From Nitrospirota bacterium (GTDB lineage Bacteria > Nitrospirota > UBA9217): a stretch of 64,000 nt of DNA. A program made the position numbers and the translations under genes. A model generated the notes under the pieces. The model worked only from the letters and a program-made list of their open reading frames with translations. It searched no databases and was not told the origin of the DNA. Every line of letters begins with the position of its first letter. The stretch's first letter is position 1. The stretch lies in the NCBI GenBank assembly GCA_046704425.1, contig JBJKRX010000018.1, forward strand, positions 20,385 through 84,384, written 5' to 3'. Positions 58,444-64,000 of this stretch are shown piece after piece.

Positions 58444-58680
58444 GGTTCGCTCATTGCGGCGCCTTACGCCGCATGCCGCAGTATACGCCGGAACACGGCG
58501 TGCCCGCAAGCCGAGAGAAGCGTTTCCGCCAACAAACTCGTTGACTTTCCGTTGGTTCTGTGCTACATAAAATACTCCGTCATCCGCTGAGCGGCGATCC
58601 CCGGGAGCGGCATCCACTGCTCCCCGCCGTCCGGAGCGATCCGCAAGCAGCAGAGCAGAAGAAAGGAATTCCGCATTCCG

Positions 58681-59874
58681 ATGGGTATCGCAAAACGCGC
58701 ACGCGCAATCAAGCCCTCTCCCACCCTTGCCGTTGCCGCAAAGGCAAAGGCCATGAAGGCCCAGGGGATCGACGTAGTGGATTTCGGCGTAGGCGAACCG
58801 GATTTCGACACGCCGGAAAACGTGAAGGAGGCCGCGATCCGCGCCATCCGGGACGGGTACACGAAGTACACGCCTGCGGGAGGGACCGACGAGCTCAAGG
58901 ACGCCGTGATCGAGAAGTTCAAACGGGACAACGGCCTCGCCTATGAACGGTCCCAGGTGCTCATCTCCTGCGGCGCGAAGCACAGCCTCTACAACATCGC
59001 CGAGGCCCTGTTCGATCCCGGGGACGAGGTCATCATCCCCGCTCCCTACTGGGTCTCCTACCCCGATCAGGTACTGTTGAACGACGCCCAGCCGGTGATC
59101 GTCGCGACCACCGAGGAAGAGGGGTTCCGGATTTCCGCGGACGCGCTCGCGCGGGCCGTAACGAAGAAGACGAAGGCCCTCATCCTGAACAGCCCCTCGA
59201 ACCCGACGGGCCTGGCCTACGACCGCAAGACCCTGGAGGCGATCGCGAAGCTGGCGGTGCAGCACGACTTCTACGTGATCTCCGACGAGATCTACGAGAA
59301 ACTGCTCTACGACGGTTTCACCCACGTGAGCATCGCCTCGCTGGGCGACGCGATCAAGGAGCGCACGATCACGGTGAACGGGGTCTCCAAGTCGCACGCC
59401 ATGACCGGCTGGCGCATCGGTTACGCCGCCGGCCCGAAGGATGTGATCGCCGCCATGGCGAACATCCAGAGCCAGAGCACCTCGAACCCCACATCCATCT
59501 CCCAGAAGGCTGCCGTCGAGGCGCTGCGGGGTCCCCAGGACTGCATCGGCATCATGAACGCCGAGTTCGACAAACGGCGCAGATACATGATCGAACGGCT
59601 GAACGCGATGCCCGGCGTCTCCTGTCTCATGCCCGTAGGCGCGTTCTACGCCTTCCCGCGCACGGCCGCGCTCTACGGCAAATCGCTCGCGGGACGACGG
59701 GTCGCAAACTCCTCCGACCTTGCCTCCCTGCTGCTCGACGAGGCCCAGGTGGCCCTCGTTTCCGGAGACGCCTTCGGCGCCGATCCCTATATCCGGCTCT
59801 CGTACGCAACCTCGCTGGAATCGATCCGGAAGGGCCTCGACCGTATGGAACAGACAATCGCCCGGCTGCGTTAG
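58681..59874 (+). CDS. aspC: Aspartate/aromatic aminotransferase (class I PLP fold)
   Basis: The product contains LNSPSNPTG and the PLP-lysine region VNGVSKSHAMTGWRIGY. It is 397 aa. Confidence 0.85.
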   Translation: MGIAKRARAIKPSPTLAVAAKAKAMKAQGIDVVDFGVGEPDFDTPENVKEAAIRAIRDGYTKYTPAGGTDELKDAVIEKFKRDNGLAYERSQVLISCGAKHSLYNIAEALFDPGDEVIIPAPYWVSYPDQVLLNDAQPVIVATTEEEGFRISADALARAVTKKTKALILNSPSNPTGLAYDRKTLEAIAKLAVQHDFYVISDEIYEKLLYDGFTHVSIASLGDAIKERTITVNGVSKSHAMTGWRIGYAAGPKDVIAAMANIQSQSTSNPTSISQKAAVEALRGPQDCIGIMNAEFDKRRRYMIERLNAMPGVSCLMPVGAFYAFPRTAALYGKSLAGRRVANSSDLASLLLDEAQVALVSGDAFGADPYIRLSYATSLESIRKGLDRMEQTIARLR

Positions 59875-59910
59875 CGGCCGGCGCATTACGCAGAAGGGGG
59901 CATCCGAACT

Positions 59911-60654
59911 ATGAAAATCGTAACCTCCGTACTGGCTGCACTGCTCGTGCTCGCGCTCGGCGCGGCGGCGGCGTTCTACTTCATGACCTATACGCCGATG
60001 GCCACCGACTATGCGCGAATGAAGGCCGGCCTCCCCGCATTCGACGCAGCAAAGGCAGAACTGAGGCAGTGCCAGGCAAAAGCGAAGGCGCAGGAAAAGA
60101 AGACGGCTGAGGAGCAGGCCTGGAAGGGCCCCGCCCTCGTGACCCTGCAGCTCGGACTTGCCGACGCGATCAAGGAGGGCAAGGCCGAGGTGCTGGACGC
60201 CGGGGACCGCCTGATCGTGAACATCCCCGAGAACGCGGTCTACCTGCACCATTCCTATGTCTTTCAGCGGCACAGTCCGAAACTGCTCGACCAGATCGCC
60301 TCATCGCTCAAGGACGACCGGCTCAAGGGCCTGGAGGTCACGATCGGGAACACCACTGATGCCGTCCCTGCGCGCGGCCGGGGCAGGAGGCGGATCCCCG
60401 CCAAATCAGCACGGGAACTGGCCGCCGACCGCTCGGGCAAGCTGGTGCAGTATCTGGAACGGGACGGTTTGAACGGCAACGTCATGATCGCGGCCGCCTA
60501 TTCGGCCCACCCGCCGAAGATCGGGACAGCGTTCCTGGACCATAAGGTGATCATCACGATCGAGAAGATGCCGCAGCTCCAGCCTGTTGCGACGCAGCAA
60601 AACGCAAAGCCCAAGATGATCCCGATCGTCCCGGCAAAGCCCAAGACACCCTAA
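59911..60654 (+). CDS. Membrane-anchored OmpA/MotB-like domain protein
   Basis: The product has an N-terminal TM (IVTSVLAALLVLALGAAAAFYF) and a coiled-coil. Its C-terminus is OmpA-like (SARELAADRSGKLVQYLERDGL). Confidence 0.5.
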   Translation: MKIVTSVLAALLVLALGAAAAFYFMTYTPMATDYARMKAGLPAFDAAKAELRQCQAKAKAQEKKTAEEQAWKGPALVTLQLGLADAIKEGKAEVLDAGDRLIVNIPENAVYLHHSYVFQRHSPKLLDQIASSLKDDRLKGLEVTIGNTTDAVPARGRGRRRIPAKSARELAADRSGKLVQYLERDGLNGNVMIAAAYSAHPPKIGTAFLDHKVIITIEKMPQLQPVATQQNAKPKMIPIVPAKPKTP

Positions 60655-60708
60655 ACCGACATCGACGGCTGGCGCCCCCGCCGACACGCGGGGCGCGTCG
60701 GGCACAGG

Positions 60709-61854
60709 ATGCTGATGGCCGATGAAACCCACAGAGAGACGATCGCCCGTCTCGAGCGGGAGCTGACGGAAAGCCGAGCCCATGAAAAGACGCTGGGAGA
60801 CCTGCTCGAAAAGAAACTGAACGAGGTCTACGTCCACTACCACATCTCCCGGACCATCGGCTCGATCCTCGACCTGCACGACCTGCTCCAGGGAATCGTC
60901 GAGATCATCCGGACCTCGCTGCCGGTCGAGAGCGTCTCCGTCTATCTTCTTGATGAGGAGAAAAAACGGATCGACCTCGTCTACACCAGCGGTCTCCCCG
61001 ATCCGGGCGAGGTATCCCTCCAGCCCGGCCAGGGGGTCCCCGGCAGGATCGTGGAAAGCGGGGAGCACGTCCATATCCACGATCTCTCGCTCTTCCACGA
61101 GACCTTAAGCGACTTCATCCACTACCCCGGCGAGGAGCGGCAGGACGGATCGTACATCGGCATCACGCTCCGCGCCCATAACGCCACGATCGGCTGCATC
61201 GGGCTGAGCAACCGGCGGCGATACGGCCTGTCGGTCGACGATATGGATTTTCTGGCGATCCTGTCGCACCAGATCGCCGGCGGCATCGAGAAGTCCCGCC
61301 TCTTCGTGGAAGCGCACCGCCTCTCCCAGTTCGACGCCCTGACCGGCCTGTACAACTACCGCATGTTCCACGAGAAGCTCCGGCAGGAGATCTCACGGCA
61401 AGGGCGGAACGGCTCGTCGCTCTCCCTCATGATGATCGACATCGACTACTTCAAGCACTTCAACGACACCTACGGCCATCAAACCGGCGACGCGGTGCTC
61501 AAGCAGCTCGCGGACATCATCGCGGGCCAGACGCGCTGCGGGACCATCGACATCTGCTGCCGGTACGGCGGCGAGGAATTCGCGGTGATCATGCCGGAAC
61601 AGGACGTCGATCACGCGGCAGTCGTCGCCGAGCGCCTTCGGTCCGCAGTGGAGCAGACCGACCTGCAGATCGCGAACGGCAGCCCCGGCAGGCACGCGAT
61701 CACGGTCAGCATCGGCGTGGCGGGCCATGAGAACGGGCCGGACCTGCAGGGCGAGGAACTCATCAAGCGGGCCGATGAGGCGCTCTACCGGTCGAAACGG
61801 AACGGCCGGAACCGGGTGACCCGCGCCCCGGCAAACGCCCCCGCCCGTCAGTGA
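60709..61854 (+). CDS. GAF-GGDEF diguanylate cyclase
   Basis: The product has a GAF domain (VSVYLLDEEKKRIDLVYTSG) and a GGDEF domain with an intact RYGGEEF active site. Confidence 0.8.
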   Translation: MLMADETHRETIARLERELTESRAHEKTLGDLLEKKLNEVYVHYHISRTIGSILDLHDLLQGIVEIIRTSLPVESVSVYLLDEEKKRIDLVYTSGLPDPGEVSLQPGQGVPGRIVESGEHVHIHDLSLFHETLSDFIHYPGEERQDGSYIGITLRAHNATIGCIGLSNRRRYGLSVDDMDFLAILSHQIAGGIEKSRLFVEAHRLSQFDALTGLYNYRMFHEKLRQEISRQGRNGSSLSLMMIDIDYFKHFNDTYGHQTGDAVLKQLADIIAGQTRCGTIDICCRYGGEEFAVIMPEQDVDHAAVVAERLRSAVEQTDLQIANGSPGRHAITVSIGVAGHENGPDLQGEELIKRADEALYRSKRNGRNRVTRAPANAPARQ

Positions 61855-61973
61855 TCGCCCCGGGTCTGGTATACTTTTCAGTAGCGACCGGCCCCCTGCC
61901 CTCCTCCCATCGTTGATCCTGCTCAGCCGGTCCGCAGTGCGCAGCAGCATCTCTCGTTCTCAAAGGAGCCGCC

Positions 61974-64000
61974 ATGAGGCAGTATCGATTCGACGTGGTC
62001 GTCGTGGGCGCCGGACCTGCGGGAGTTGCCGCCGCAGGCGCACTTGCCGGCGCAGGGATTTCCGTTGCCTTGCTCGAGGCCGGCGTGTACGCCGGGGCGG
62101 AGAACTGGTCGGGATGCGTTTTCTTTTCCGAGAGCCTTGCCGAGCCCGACTGTTTCGGCCCCGCGGCCGTTGCGGCCGCGCCGTTCGAGCGGGCGGTGAC
62201 ACGGCGCGGGACCCTGCTGCACAACGGCCTGGACGTAGTGGGCGCAGAGCTCACGGACCCGGCCGCGTTCCCCCATTGCTATACCGTGCTCCGCCCCGTC
62301 TACGATCCCTATTTCGCGCGCCTTGCTTGCGCAAAGGGCGCGCTGCTCTTGACCGACACGACCGTCACCGGGCTCCTGCGGAAAGACCGGCGGGTCGTCG
62401 GGGTGGACACGAACCGCGGACCGCTCTTCGCCGACGTGGTCTTTCTCGCCGAGGGCGATGCGTCCCACCTCGTGCGAACGGAAGGGCTGGAGAAGGCCGC
62501 CTCCCCGCACTTCGCCCAGGGGATCAAGGCCGTGCTTACCCTCCCGCCCGAAGAGATCGAGAAGCGCTTTACACTCCGGCCCGGCGAGGGAGCGGCCTAT
62601 GAGCTCCTGCTCCGGAACGCGGCGATCGCAGGCAGGACCGCGCGTCTGAACGCCGGTGCGTTCCTCTATACCAATCGCGACAGCCTCTCCCTGGGGCTCG
62701 TGGCGCCGCTCGAAGGCCTGCGCAAGAACTTCCGCGGCATGCACGATGTGCTGTTCGAATGGCTGCGCGGCCTTCCCTTCATCCGCGAGCATACGGAAGG
62801 CGCCGCCCTCTCCGCCTACGGCGCCAAACTCATCCGGACCGGCGGCTGGCGCGACCGGCCCGTGCTCGTCGAGGACGGGCTCGTAGTGGGAGGATCGTCC
62901 GCCGGCTTCGGCGTGGACCTGCCGTTCCCGAACTTCACCGGTCCCGCTGCGGCGACCGGCCTCTACTTCGCGCGCGCGATCAAGAGACTCCAGAGCAGCG
63001 GTCGTTCCCCGAGCGCCAAAAACCTGATTCAAGAGTATTGCGAGCCCCTCTTTGCAAGCGTATACGGCCGGAACGCCCGGGACCTCGCCCAGTGGCCCGC
63101 ATACTTCAGCAGATCGCGGGCACTCTTCGGCAGGACCGTGGACGCTGCCTGTGGAACCGTCCGGTTCCTGAACGACGGGGGGCTGATGCAGACCGGAAGA
63201 TTCCTCCGCCCCTATCTTCTCTCGATAAAAAGCCTGAAGGAGTGGTTCTCCGACGGTCTCAGGGCATCGAAGGCACTCAAGCTCCGGCGGCCCGTGTTCG
63301 GTATTCTGGTGCGGCCTGCGACCTGGTTCCGATGGATGCGCAATCTCCTGACAAGCAGGCACAAGGATGATCGCCTGCATCTGGTTCTGCACATTGCGGG
63401 AACGGACCGCGATGCCGCTTCCCTGCCATGGCCCCTGGGCCCGCTGGCCCGGCGTCTGCATCCAACGATCGCCCGGGCGATCGCCACGGTCTATGCCAAC
63501 GATACGAAACCGCTCAAGGACAAGATCGCCGCGGGAGCGCAGACGATCATCCGCGGCCTGCGGCTTACGGATTTCATTCTTCTTCCGTGCTTTGGGTGCA
63601 TCCTGGTCCTTGCCGCCCTGGGCACGGCTGCCTGGGACGCCTTCCGCTTTTACGTGCTCAAGACCCCGGTCACGAAACTCCTCGCCGAGCCGGTCATGGC
63701 CTATACCTCCCAACTCCGTACGCTGCGCGATCTGGATGCCGTAAAGCCCGCGATGAGCCTCGAGGCCAAGCTCGCCACCAACACTTACCGCGTGGGAACC
63801 GCGTCCCATATCAGGACGCTCTGGCCCGATCGGATCACGTCCCACGCAGAGATGTCCAAGGCGGGGATCTGGTGGGTCTGTCCGGCACGGGTCTATCTCT
63901 ACGATGTCCTGCCCCTGGCCGGACGCGGCAAGGTAACGGTGAACTACGAGAACTGCATCAAATGCGAATCCTGCTGGCACGCCGAGCCCGCACGGGTCCT
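61974..64000 (+). CDS. FAD-dependent oxidoreductase, FixC/ETF-quinone-oxidoreductase-like with C-terminal ferredoxin-like Cys motif (3' end beyond window)
   Basis: I translated it by hand because it is absent from the track; it has no stop inside the window. The product begins MRQYRFDVVVVGAGPAGVAAAGALAGAGISVALLEAG (a Rossmann FAD site) and ends ...NYENCIKCESCWHAEPARV at the window edge. The RBS is AAAGGAG. Confidence 0.55.
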   Translation, partial: MRQYRFDVVVVGAGPAGVAAAGALAGAGISVALLEAGVYAGAENWSGCVFFSESLAEPDCFGPAAVAAAPFERAVTRRGTLLHNGLDVVGAELTDPAAFPHCYTVLRPVYDPYFARLACAKGALLLTDTTVTGLLRKDRRVVGVDTNRGPLFADVVFLAEGDASHLVRTEGLEKAASPHFAQGIKAVLTLPPEEIEKRFTLRPGEGAAYELLLRNAAIAGRTARLNAGAFLYTNRDSLSLGLVAPLEGLRKNFRGMHDVLFEWLRGLPFIREHTEGAALSAYGAKLIRTGGWRDRPVLVEDGLVVGGSSAGFGVDLPFPNFTGPAAATGLYFARAIKRLQSSGRSPSAKNLIQEYCEPLFASVYGRNARDLAQWPAYFSRSRALFGRTVDAACGTVRFLNDGGLMQTGRFLRPYLLSIKSLKEWFSDGLRASKALKLRRPVFGILVRPATWFRWMRNLLTSRHKDDRLHLVLHIAGTDRDAASLPWPLGPLARRLHPTIARAIATVYANDTKPLKDKIAAGAQTIIRGLRLTDFILLPCFGCILVLAALGTAAWDAFRFYVLKTPVTKLLAEPVMAYTSQLRTLRDLDAVKPAMSLEAKLATNTYRVGTASHIRTLWPDRITSHAEMSKAGIWWVCPARVYLYDVLPLAGRGKVTVNYENCIKCESCWHAEPARV

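Noticed and set aside
58444-60273. N-terminal 610 aa of the 1225-aa minus-strand ORF containing uvrC
   Set aside because: The upstream part runs antisense to aspC and is Arg/Gly-rich. UvrC begins at the conserved GIY-YIG N-terminus (MTLAEKLQTLPDEPGVYVM), which has its own start at 58443.
61923-63980. 685-aa minus-strand ORF
   Set aside because: It runs antisense to the hand-translated FixC/ETF-QO-like gene, which has a canonical FAD-binding N-terminus and an RBS.
1-64000. CRISPR arrays, tRNA/rRNA genes, IS elements or integrases
   Set aside because: No direct-repeat or spacer periodicity was seen. No tRNA-like T-loop motifs (GTTCGAATC-type) were seen in intergenic regions. No transposase or integrase-like translations were seen. 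The window looks like core chromosome.

Overview
This is a high-GC (~65%) bacterial chromosomal window, most consistent with a sulfate/sulfite-reducing Desulfobacterota-type organism. All calls rest on reading the six-frame translations for family-level motifs; no database search was possible. I support roughly 66 protein-coding genes and no rRNA, tRNA or CRISPR. The centrepiece is a consolidated minus-strand dissimilatory sulfite reductase supercluster at about 38.8-51.0 kb. In transcription order it reads dsrA, dsrB, dsrD, dsrN, a small Zn-ribbon ORF, dsrC, a terminator, three DsrH/F/E-like (TusBCD-like) genes, an RsbRD_N-like ORF (dsrT-like, low confidence), dsrMKJOP and a small 2x[4Fe-4S] ferredoxin. 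The remaining genes are housekeeping. The features I find most worth follow-up are listed below. (1) An SOS cassette (small ORF, dinB, lexA) driven by a near-consensus sigma70 promoter with a GAAC-N4-GTTC LexA box in its spacer and an apparently leaderless first ORF. (2) A small protein that fuses an FmdB-like zinc ribbon to a long histone-H1-like lysine/alanine repeat tail. (3) A PilZ (with a REC-like N-terminal domain), HTH-Zn-ribbon regulator and orphan membrane protein operon placed divergently to a DHH/DHHA1 phosphoesterase. (4) A five-gene LolA-like/FtsX/FtsX/ABC/beta-barrel outer membrane protein operon. (5) Uncharacterised small proteins embedded in the dsr locus, plus a strong hairpin between dsrB and dsrD. 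Long antisense ORFs in the track are treated as high-GC artefacts.
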